A stretch of DNA of 64,000 bases, taken from Azolla caroliniana. Taxonomy: Eukaryota; Plantae; Polypodiophyta. How positions within the stretch are numbered: the stretch's first letter is position 1; the number at the start of each line of letters is the position of its first letter. The stretch lies in contig JBHGNT010000008.1 of assembly GCA_043228905.1 (NCBI GenBank), positions 10,354,001 to 10,418,000 on the forward strand, written 5' to 3'. The position numbers and the translations under genes were made by a program. The notes under the pieces were generated by a model. It did no database searches, was not told the origin of the DNA, and was given only the letters and a program-made list of their open reading frames with translations. This document shows positions 35,751-46,800 of the stretch, in pieces.

Positions 35751-36230
35751 TTCATAAAATGCATCACTAGATTCCTCTGTAAAGGAGGCCTTTTTGTAAC
35801 ACCAATGTATCATGGCATGGGAAAAATCTAAATGCTCACACTTCACACATTATACTACACATGTTGCATCTAACTACAAAACTATACTCTTCGCAGAACG
35901 GGGAAACCGTACACATCGATGCATGTTAGAGCCCATCCCCTTATCTACCATTCGAACCATTGATTCCATGCAACTTAGCTCACATGCATTGCGATGTGAG
36001 ACGGGGGCGTTGGGGCACAAGTGATGAGAGTGATTGACTATGCACACTTTGCCCTAAACAAGTTCGAGAGTCTAAGTATTACACTTTGATACAATGCTCT
36101 GCCTTTGATCATATTCGATCATGCTTTCCTCACATCTTTGACCAAGCATCCAATCAGAACACAAAATTTTGCTTTTATGCGTCTTTTGGAACTTTTTGCT
36201 TGCTTGCCATGCAATTCTAGGAAGGTCACA
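35751..36230 (+). mobile_element. Non-LTR retrotransposon (LINE) ORF2 3' fragment with a short inverted piece
   Basis: 'QLSSHALRCETG..LCTLC..E..Y.TLIQCSAFDHIR' is a CCHC-type C-terminal domain; similar to 42522-43010. Confidence 0.72.
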
Positions 36231-36746
36231 TGTCATCATATTCGACACTTGAAATTTGTGTGTAGGGTGGGTGGGATTGAGTTTGTCGTCGTAGTAGTAG
36301 ACTGTTGTAGTTAGTACTATGTAAATTCGTCGAAGTGTTCTATGCTTTGTTTGTTGTAAGTTAGTCATGGTGGTGTCATTTTCTTTCGTAATGACATTGT
36401 TATAACTTATAAGTTAGTGAAGCTCATGTTTTTTTCCTTTCGTAATGAAAGCCATTATTAACATACGGAGGAGAGTGAGAGCGAGAGATGGTCCCATTTC
36501 CATTTCCGTAATCTTAAAACCCTAAAAGAGCTTTTCTTTTGACCACCTAGTTGTTAAGTAAAGAACACACACACACACACACCCACACACACTCTCTCTC
36601 TCTCTTCCATGTTGAGCAAAGCTGAAGCAAAACCGTCCCCCTCCCCCCTCTGCCCTAAACCTTAACAGAGGCCTTCCAGAAGAAAGAGAAGAGAAGACAG
36701 AATACCCTCTCCCCCCCCCCCCCCCTCTCTACTAGAAGAGAAGAAG

Positions 36747-37836
36747 GTACGATCCTTATCTTAGCTTCGTGTTTTTCTTCGTATTTTTTTCATCTAGTAT
36801 GACTATATCAGAGGTATCAATGGAAACCCCCACTGAGGGTTTTCATCGCTCCCTTGACACAAGAATTGATCAGAGAAGAAACATAGGTTTCGTTTTTCAT
36901 CAGTCAACAAATTACAGGATTTTGTTTTGCACTACTTCGCTAGATTTAAATTTCATCTGGCGAAAGAGAAAATTAGGGTTTTCTTCATCTGTCAGAGAAT
37001 TGCAGGATCTCTTTGTATTTTTTCGTGATTTGAAAAGAAAAGAATTAGGGCGTTGATATATAGAATGAGAAAACTAGTTTTCTAATTCATCAGTCAGAGA
37101 AATGCAGGAAACTTCCTGTACTATCCTCAAAAATTGCAGAGAAGTAATTTAGACTTTTCTTTGGAGTCAAAGATCTGGAGGCTTTCGTTTTATACCCTTT
37201 TGATAAATTGGAGACGAGAGGATTAGGGGTCTGATATCAATAAGACAAGTACAGGGTTCTGTTTGTACATTTCTCACCATTCAGGAAATTGAAGTCTGTT
37301 GTTTTCCAATGTATTGTTATATTTCAAAACATAGGGATCTTTTCACTAGTCCAGAGTATTGCAAGTTTTTGTTTGGGAGATTTGCAAAGGTGAAACTTAG
37401 GGTTTTCAGCAATGCAAACGTTTCATAGATTACAAGTGAAAGAATTAGAGACTTTTCAGCCACCGGTGAATTACAGGATTTTGAAGGCTTTAGGTTTGTA
37501 CTATTTGGTTAGCTTCCAAAGGAAAGAAACTAGTGTTTTTTGATGGGTAAGAGCATTGCTGAATCTCGTTTCTGAAGAAGGGGACAGTAGCCCTAACTGA
37601 GTGTTTTGAATATGTTAATTTTTGTAAAAGGGAAGAAACATATACCTAATGGAAGGTGTTCTGCAAATGTTTCATTTCTGAAATGAAGGGCCATTAACCT
37701 AGCAGAAGTCATTTTGTCAAAATTTTGTTTGTGAAGGGACGGAACACTAGCCTAATCAAAGGCGTGTTGCCGATGGGTTAAAGTCCCCTGTTGTTTCATT
37801 CGCTAATTATTATGGCGCTTCATTTTGGGCAATCAG
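36747..37836 (+). other. Probable 5'UTR intron of the RRM gene
   Basis: Donor AAG|GTACGA at 36747, branch-like GCTAAT at 37802, acceptor TCAG at 37836, 5 nt before the ATG at 37842. Telo-box AAACCCTAA upstream (~36517) and TAGGGTTT copies inside the intron. Confidence 0.6.
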
Positions 37837-37841
37837 GAGCA

Positions 37842-40070
37842 ATGAGACATTCAAGCAGAAGGGCCGAGCATACAGACAGACAAAGAGAATATCAAGCTTT
37901 TTCTCCATCTAATACAACTAGTGCAAAGACAGGATTTTGCAATGATGTCTATAGTGATGACGATGAGCCTGAATATGTTGCGAAGAATGTTGTAGCTAAT
38001 CATATTATGCCATATGCAGATGTTATACCTCTGAATTGGAAATGGTCATTTGGTAGTGAAAAAGTAGTTTCTGGATCAGCTGATGTGAACAACAGATCTG
38101 TGATGGCGAAGGAGAGGTCAGTGTTTGTTGGTTGCATTCCTGATGGTATTGAGGATATCGGTGAAGTCTTGCAGACTTTAATGGAAGCATTTCTTGAACG
38201 ATTCGATTTTGCTCCTATAGAATTGAGCCAAGTGCTAGTGGTGAAAGTGCTGAAAGACTTTGCATTTTTAGAGCTGCCTACAGATAAAGTTGCACAAATA
38301 GTTTTGGCTGCTAATCAGCTTGATGTATTTGAATGGGGAATCAATGGTTGCCATTTTAATATTGAAGGATGTAAAGGGACTCATTCCGCAGTTCGGCCTC
38401 TTATTGAATACATACCATTAAGGCCAGCAAGGGTTATATTTGTTGGTAATATACCTCAGATACATTGGGAGAGAGATTATCTGGAAGAGGTTTTCTCTAG
38501 GATTTTATGGGGTTCTGATGGGCAAACTAACATAAAACCTGTGGTATCTGTTTATCTTCTTCCAGAATCTTCTGATGCTTACTTGGAGCTTGCTTCAGAG
38601 TATATTGCTGATGCACTCATATATAAATGCACCAAAAATAACCAGATTTTGAAGGACATTGGTGAAGATGTTTTCATTTGTCGTGATGCTAATTCTCCAC
38701 CAATGATGTCTCGGCACAAAATTGACATATGCCCACAACGAGCCCTCTTTATTGGGATCTCTGCAAGAGATGAGTATTTCAAGATTGATTGTATACGGAA
38801 GGTTTTCGATGACATTTTGCCTCTAATATCACGGAAGATTAACCACAATGCATATTTGGAATACATATCAGTTCAACCTGGGAAGGATTATGCTTTCTTT
38901 CAGTTCAATTCAGAGATGGTAGTAGATGCAATCATGGATGAATATGTTGAGAACACACAAATGTTTGTTTGTAAGTATGCTCCTATTGCTCTAACATACA
39001 TAATTTTGAGGCCACCAGAGTATGTACGTCCAGGAGCACGGTATAGTTCTGCAGAATCTCTCAGAAGGCATTCTGTGGCCTCAGGATCTCGTTTTCAAGG
39101 AAGGCAGAAGGTAGCATGCAATGCTAATACAAGTAAACAAAAAGCACCACATATTCGTCCGAAGATCTCTTCTGGAGACAACCCTCATAGCATTGCACAC
39201 ATGTCTCGCAAATATGGTGAAGAGCCCGCAAAGAGGCCAGATTGTGTTATGTCTATAGGTGCTTCAGCACCCCCTGTTGCTATTTGGAATGGTCCAGGAG
39301 CTTCCTCAGCTGACCCGGATTCATTAGTGGTCATTGAAGGTCTTCCAAAAGGATTCCGTTATAAATTGCTAAGGGGAGCCTTAAATGAACTGTTTGAAAG
39401 AACTCTTTTGCATACTGGGCTTCTTGAAGTTGGGATGCTTGTCTTGGGATATCTTGACCGAGATGAAGATTTTGATGTAGTGGCATGTCTACCTAATGCT
39501 GATTTTGCATCTGCCTTGCTATCATTGCAAAACGTGTACATAGTATGTGGAACTGAGATAAGGTTGTTGCCAAAGGACACGAGAAGAGCTCTTAATAATG
39601 GTAGGTCTAAACACCCAGTTATGCCCTGGGGCCATGATGAGATGTCTGCTTCATCTGATGAAGAAGGTGGATACGAAAGAGATTCTTTCCGCAGTGGTGC
39701 ATCTGAAGAGTGGGACAACCCTGGATTAACACGAGAAAGAAAGAGAAACGTAAATGGTTATGAGCTCTCAGTAAGAACCCCAAATGTGAGACGGAAGATT
39801 GGGAATTCTGGTCAAGAAGAATGGTATCAAGGTCGAGGTTTTTCACCCATGGTGAAAGAAGAGTTTCATGGCCATCAAAGAGAGAGATATTTTAATGGAT
39901 ATAATTCTTCAAGAACTAATGAAGGAGGATATTGGGAAGAGAATGTATCAAAGGGTAATACTAATACTCATAGTTTTGAAGGAGCAAGTTTTGCTAAATT
40001 TGACAACAAATCTATGATGCAAGGTAGAGAAGCGGGAAGAGGCCCCAAAAGAGGATTTCGGAGATTTTAA
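37842..40070 (+). CDS. RNA-binding protein with four degenerate RRM-like repeats (U2AF65 RRM1-like) and a disordered R/G/E-rich C-tail
   Basis: Uninterrupted 742-aa ORF. RNP2/RNP1-like pairs 'VFVGCIP..KDFAFLEL', 'IFVGNIP..DAYLEL', 'LFIGIS..KDYAFFQF', 'VIEGLP'. No TE motifs. Confidence 0.85.
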   Translation: MRHSSRRAEHTDRQREYQAFSPSNTTSAKTGFCNDVYSDDDEPEYVAKNVVANHIMPYADVIPLNWKWSFGSEKVVSGSADVNNRSVMAKERSVFVGCIPDGIEDIGEVLQTLMEAFLERFDFAPIELSQVLVVKVLKDFAFLELPTDKVAQIVLAANQLDVFEWGINGCHFNIEGCKGTHSAVRPLIEYIPLRPARVIFVGNIPQIHWERDYLEEVFSRILWGSDGQTNIKPVVSVYLLPESSDAYLELASEYIADALIYKCTKNNQILKDIGEDVFICRDANSPPMMSRHKIDICPQRALFIGISARDEYFKIDCIRKVFDDILPLISRKINHNAYLEYISVQPGKDYAFFQFNSEMVVDAIMDEYVENTQMFVCKYAPIALTYIILRPPEYVRPGARYSSAESLRRHSVASGSRFQGRQKVACNANTSKQKAPHIRPKISSGDNPHSIAHMSRKYGEEPAKRPDCVMSIGASAPPVAIWNGPGASSADPDSLVVIEGLPKGFRYKLLRGALNELFERTLLHTGLLEVGMLVLGYLDRDEDFDVVACLPNADFASALLSLQNVYIVCGTEIRLLPKDTRRALNNGRSKHPVMPWGHDEMSASSDEEGGYERDSFRSGASEEWDNPGLTRERKRNVNGYELSVRTPNVRRKIGNSGQEEWYQGRGFSPMVKEEFHGHQRERYFNGYNSSRTNEGGYWEENVSKGNTNTHSFEGASFAKFDNKSMMQGREAGRGPKRGFRRF

Positions 40071-42230
40071 GTAAAGCTTCCATACTTCCCGGGGGTGAGA
40101 TCACTCAAAACAATTTTTAACTCAATATTACACACACAAGACTGTTGTGAGATCTGCCACTTTTCTTCCATCTCTTGTCTCTTGTGTAGACATGTTCTTC
40201 TAACTCCTGCTCTTTACATGGCAAAGAGTACTTACCCATGTCGGTTATTACTCTAATTTCTATATTTTACTCGGTTTGGCATGCTAGCTGTAAATATGTG
40301 TGCCAAATTTGGTAAGCTTATAACTAGAATTCTAATAGTGAACTAAATTGTTAATCTACTTGATATTAGTCATGCGTGGACAAAGACATACAGTGGTAAT
40401 ACTAGCTTTGATGGCAATTAAGCACTTTGCTACAGATTGCAGCATAACTGGTTTCTCAAATCTTTCTTTTATCTTTATAATAAAGATTCATTTCTGATAT
40501 TCACTTGATGGTTCATGGAAATGAACAGTATGGAATGGTCAAGAAGAGAAAAATGCTTCGTGTATTTGTAGGTAAGATGATCTGTTTGGCTGATGTAAAA
40601 TACAAGGTCATGGTGTACATGTAAAGAACTGGTCATTCTGTATGGACAGCATAGGCATTGAAAACATAAGGTTTTGGAATGATACCTAGACAAAGGCCAG
40701 AGCTCAGTACATCATATTTAATGGTATACATGTGAAGAAAGAGTTATCCAATGTGAAACAGTGGTAATTCTTTAATGCAAGGGCCAAAGTACAAAAAAAT
40801 ATATTCCCTGTCAGTTTTGATTGAGCTTCTGTTGATAAATGAAGTTCCTTATTGTGACTTGAAGCTTTTCTGAATTCAGCTGAGACCAATGAATTCTCCA
40901 TGCAGATAAAAAGGCGAATATGTCTTCCTCCTAAGTTTTGGATGGAAGAAACCATTTTTGAATAGAAACTCAGAGTCATTAATAGATGATATACCCTAGA
41001 AGAGCTCTATAAAAAAATTGTATTACATATGTTAATGCATTTTAATGATCATATGTCAAAATACATTGCTTGCACAAAGTCGTTTGGAGAAATGAATATA
41101 CATTTCTTCTGCCTATTGTCAGAAAAGGTGTCAAATCTGCTTGCCTTTGCTGGTTAAAATCAAAGTGGTAATAACAATTGTCAAAATTCTTATTTGTAAC
41201 TAGATTTGATTAAACACCACATTCATGATCGATGAGAACCATTTGTTATGAAAAACATGTAATGCACAAATTCAGAATGATTCTATTATGTAAATCTTAT
41301 GGGTGATTATGTGTTTTGCCTTAACAAATAATCGACTCCAAATGGTGTCAAGGAGCACTCAAACATGGTTGAAAATGACCATTGATTTGCATGCTAGACA
41401 TCATCGATGATTTATTAGTTCAAGAGAATAATTTGTCAAAAGCATCCGAATGCTGTCCAAAATGGTTGCTCATAGATAGTAAATGCCATGTAGTTCTATC
41501 TTGAGGGAAAACATGAGTAACAAACGATCTTTCCCATGAGGAACAAACAATTGATAATGGGTGAATTTTGGAATATAGGCAAACACTTTTTATGGTATAC
41601 TATATTATTGCTTATGCTATTCTTTCTCTATTAAGCTAGAAAGGATACATATATACATTGTTGCCACATTAAATGATGTTCCTCCTCCACATACATATTG
41701 GCTGGTGGAGTTAGCATGTCATCAATTGATTGAAACTCTAATATCATCTCTTTTGACACTACTAGAGGAGGGATCCTATCTTATACTAGCATCCTTCTCG
41801 GCTCCCTGGTTGGTTATCCACTCAAGCATTTCTAGTAGACTATATTTGCCCCATTTCTCATCTAGTGGAATTGTTTCATGTGACCGTGCATGGATATTTA
41901 TGTGACAATCATTAGGATAAGCCCAAAATTGATCATTTGAGCACACAATGTTCTCTTTTTTGTTCAAAGCCTTCTCCATATTAAAGTATAAAAGATCGTA
42001 CATTCATACATGCACAGACTGCGTATGGTAAGTACATTGAGAGATGGTGTTATGTAAGCACGTCTACAGATGGTGTGTATACTTATAAATAGGGAAAAGC
42101 TCGAAAAGGCCTTTGGGAATTTCTCTTTATTTCCACAAGTGGGGAGAGGGGCTACTCAAGATTCGATGGAAACATGTGTCTCTCTCTAGTGAGAGAGAGA
42201 TATGAAGTATATAATAGAGATGTGAAAAAA

Positions 42231-42290
42231 TTGGGTTTCGAACCCAAGACGCAATGATTGTAGTGCTATCAACTTACCACTAGGGTAAGT
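42231..42290 (-). other. tRNA-like Pol III A/B-box remnant (possible SINE head)
   Basis: Minus strand: TAGTGGTAAG ... TTGGG-TTCGAAA-CCCAA (perfect T-arm); no full cloverleaf. Confidence 0.35.
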
Positions 42291-42521
42291 TAATTATGAT
42301 AAAAAAGAGGAAGAAGAAGAGATAGAGAGAGAGAGAGATGCCCTATGGGACCAAAAATATTACATTTCACATAGTGACTCTCGATGTTCAAGAACTTTAC
42401 CAATGAATGTTGCAATTGAGAGTGCACATTGTGATTGTGAGAGAAATTCATGCAAGGATTGGGTTTGGTCGAAGATGGGCGGAAAACATGGTCGAATATG
42501 ATCAAAGGCAGAGGCATTTGA

Positions 42522-43021
42522 TCAAAGTGTGATACTTAAACTTTCAAACTTGTTTAGGGCAAAGTGTGCATAGTCTACCACTTTCATCACTTGTGCCCCC
42601 CAACGACTCGTCTCACATTGCAATGCATGTGAACTAAGTTGCATGGAAGCAATGGTTCGAATGGAAGCCAACAGAATGGGCTCTAACATATATCGATGTG
42701 TATGGTTTCCCCATTCTGCGAAGAATATGGTTTTGTGGTTAGGTGCAATATGTGTAGTATACTGTATGAAGTGTGAGCCTCTACATTTTTCCAATGCCAT
42801 GATACATTGGCGTTGCAAAAAGGCCTCATTTACAGAGGAATCTAGTGATGCATCATGAAGCAAATGTGTTTTATCCCATCTACTGAACCACTTTTTCATA
42901 TCTTGTATCCAACCGGAACACAACATTTTGCTTTTATACTTCTTTTGGAGCTTTTTGCTTGCTTCCCATGCGATTCTAGGAAGTCGATGTGAGGGACATT
43001 TTTGGATTTTTTTGAACCTTA
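42522..43021 (-). mobile_element. LINE ORF2 3' region
   Basis: 'HRLPRIAWEAS..W..W..QLSSHALQCETSRWG'. Confidence 0.75.
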
Positions 43022-43501
43022 AGCATGTATTCAACAACCCTTTCCATGGCCATGATCTCAATGGGAAGTGAGCTCGTCTCAAGGAGGAGGATGTATGGCG
43101 TTTGTTTCTTAACTTGTAGAAACTTTGTAAGAAAATGTTTTTGGACATTTTCAAACTCTTTCCATGGCCATTATCTCAATGAGAAGTAAGAAAATATTTT
43201 TGGACATTTTCAAACTCTTTCCATTTGAACCTTATGTTGGGAAATCGGTCCCTCTGGATGGGATCCAGTGATGAATGATGAGACCCGGTGAGAACCGGAA
43301 GAGAAGACATACTTGTAGATACGTTTTGAGTAAGCCTATTGAGGCTATATTTGTAAATAGCCCTAAGTTCATATAAGTATAAATATGACCTAGGGCAATC
43401 GCTATAGAAGATTGAGAGTGTTGTTGTTTATATCGTTGTAACGGTTGTACAAAGAGTGATAAAGAGGGAGAGAGTGTAAGATACAGAGGGATACTTTGTT
43501 G

Positions 43502-43809
43502 TGTTGAGCGGCAAGGTCAACTGGATTCGGATCGACATTCGAAAGGATGAGCCGGTGAGCCGGTGAGCCGGATCCAACAATAACCAGAAGCCTAGTAGCA
43601 GCCTAGACTACTAGGTAGTTAATGTCTCGTAGTTAGTGTCAGACGCTCATGTGAGCATTGAAGTACACCATACTTTTGTCAGTCCTCTTAGGACTTGTAT
43701 AAATAGTGATGTTGAGCATGTTGTATGTACAGAGTATTTTACAGAGTTTTTTGATAATAGATTTATGTCGTTCTGCTCTCTCTATCTCTCCTGCGTACCT
43801 TATATGTGT

Positions 43810-43857
<48 letters not shown>

Positions 43858-46800
43858 TGCTATCTGGCTAAGCCGGTTGTCTAACGCTTCCGCACCTTTG
43901 TTTTTACATGGTATCAGAGTGTGAGGGTTGAGAACCTCTGCAGCCGACATCAGCATCTGAAGACAAACCCTAAGACCCGGTAAGAACAGAAAGAGAAGTG
44001 ATGGACATAGGAATGGCTAGCTCGCTCCCGGTGGAGAAGCTCGGCATATCCAACTACGCATCTTGGTCATACAAGATGCACCTGTACCTACTTGGGCATG
44101 GTTACTAGAGCTATGTTGACGGAGCTAACGACATAGCACCTGATGTGACACACAAGGACTTCCCAGTGTGGGAACAAGCGGCAAGCAAAGTGATGTACTG
44201 CTTTGCGTCCAGTGTCGGAGACTAGCTGCTGAGCCATGTTCGAGATGCCAAGACGCCAAAAGAAGCTTGGGGAAACTTGAAGAAGGTTTTCGTAGCAAGC
44301 ACTACGGCCCGGAAGCTGCAACTCCGATAGGAGTTGAGCAATGTCCAACAGAAGGACATGTCGGTAGCCGATTACACGACCTGAATCAAAGAGATTTGTG
44401 ACTCACTTGCCTCTATCAACGTAACTATAGAGGAAAATGAGATGGTGCAAATCTATCTTGGGGGCCTAACGTCTAAGTTCAGAGCGTTCCGGACGGCGGT
44501 ATGTACAAGGGAGAATACGTCGTCATTTTTCGACTTACAGTCGATGCTCCTTGTAGAGGAGAACTATGCCGGTGTGTCAACTATTGCACTCACCGACAAC
44601 CGGATGTTGTACGTGGAGGCGAATCGGCCCCGTGGGCATGGTGGACGAGGCGGGTCCGCTCGCAATGGTAGCGGCCAACAAGAGCAGGACCGAAGGCACA
44701 AAGAACGTGCCGATAGCAGTTCCGAACCCTCCACAAGCAGGGGGAGTCAAGGCAGCGTCGGAGGCCGGCAAGCAAAGGCCGACACAGAATGTTGGTACTG
44801 TGGGAAAAAGGGCCATAGGGAAAGTGAGTGTTGGAAGAAGCGCGCCGATTCGGATAGATCCGGATCCGGCAAGGCCGGTAGAGAGAACCGACAATACTTG
44901 CACTACGTAGAAGGATCGGGAGGATCCAAAACCGGAAAAGCTGGTAAAGGGCCAACCAGCCTTGGTGATGAAACACGAGGCTAACTCAATGAAGAAGACC
45001 ACTTCCAAATCGGAGGAAGTGTGGTACGTTGATTCCGGTGCGTCGAATCACATGACGAGCCACAAAGAGTGGTTCTCTTTCTTGGAGAAATTGGAACAAC
45101 CGAGAGTCGTCGAAATCGGAGACGACACTCCTCACCCAATCGTGCATGTTGGAGAAGTCCCTTTGAGCCACGTCGGGCAGAGGGGGAAGTTGATGAACAT
45201 ACTACACGTTCCGACTATCACGAAGAACCTATTGTCAGTCGGTCAGATCGTTGACTAGGGGATGCAGGCGCGCTTTACGCACCTTGGGTGCTTCATCAAG
45301 GAAGAGGGCTAGATTATTGCGCAAGGGCGCAGAGATGGGAGGATGTTCATCCTCAACACCAATGACGCCGACACCGCTTTGTTCGCCAAAGGACAGAAGA
45401 TTGAATCGGATATTGATCTCTGTCACAAGCAGATCGGCCATGTCAATTACCGGAGGCTTCAAGACCTGCAAATGAAACAAGTTTTTTTCGGTTTGCCGAA
45501 GTTCAGTGGGCCAACTCGGGAAGCAACACCGGCTTCCATTCCGCACCGAACGAAACCGTAGCCGTAACAAGATTGACCTTATTCATTTGGGTGTATGGGG
45601 ACTGACACAGAACGTTAGTCTTGGCGAGAGTCGATACTTGGTCTCCTTCATTGACGACTACAGTTGGCACACATGGATCTACCTCATTGAGCGGAAGAGC
45701 GAAGTCTTCGAGTGTTTCTGGAACCTGCAAAGCCTGGTTGAACGGGAAACGGAGAGGAAGATCAAGTGCCTGCGGTCGGATGGCGGAAAAGAATATTTTT
45801 CCGGCCAATTCAACACTTATCTGCAGCAAAAAGGAATTCGGAGAGAGTTCAGCTGCAGATACACACCGGAGCAAAACGGTGAGGCCGAGAGGAAGAACCG
45901 GTCGATTATCGACGCGACAAGGGCAATGCTGGAGGAGAAGAGCATGCCCAAATTCTACTAGGCTGAGGCGGTCTGGACGGCCGTCTATATCCAAAACCGG
46001 ATTGGTGACAAGGTGTCCGCGCATGAGATGTATTTTGGGCGTAAGCCAAATTTGAGACACCTTCGGATATTCGGTAGCATTGCATATGTGCATGTGCCGG
46101 ATGAGAAGCGGAGGAAGTTGGATGCAAAGTCAGAGAAATGCATCCTGATCGGTTACTCGCATGAGCAAAAGGGGTATAACTGTTATAACCCCCGGACGAA
46201 GAGGTCTGAGTAAGCCGGGATGTTGAGTTTGATGAGATGGCATCATGGTATGCCTTATTGGCTCCGACTTCCGACCCCGACCCGATATCGAGCATGAGGC
46301 TAGTGAGCCTGAACCGGTCCAGTTAGAAGACAAAGGGTTCGAGACTCTAGATGTGAGTCCGGAATCGTTTCGGTTGAGCGGGCCGAATGAGTGACTGAGT
46401 TAGATAGACCAGTCGGATGAGGAATCGGCGAGTAGTGGAGACTCTACCGTGCTCTCCCCGTGCAAGGAACCGAGGAGACGGTTCACGCACAAAGAGAAGG
46501 GGAAGAAGAAGATGCCGGAATACGATACCGGCAACGTTGAGTCGGATCGGAGCGAATCCGACTCCAGTAAGGAAAAAGGAGGATCTTTGGGAACGAAGTC
46601 TGAACTGGCCAAGAAGTGCCTCAAACCGGGTAACGATAGATTACGCCGGTCTTCCTGCCAAAAGAACCCCGTGAAGCGGTATAGGTACAATGAGTACATG
46701 ACGCATTACTATGCGTACATGACCAAGGTGGCGGAAGTGCGTGAGCCGGACAACTATGTAGAAGCAGCAAAGGACGCAAATTGGCGTGCCGCTATGAAGT

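Noticed and set aside
41705-42110. Short ORFs and a TATA-like motif, possible old TE fragment
   Set aside because: No diagnostic motif or boundaries could be identified.
42231-42290. Functional tRNA gene
   Set aside because: Only the T-arm and an A-box-like motif are present; no acceptor or anticodon stems.
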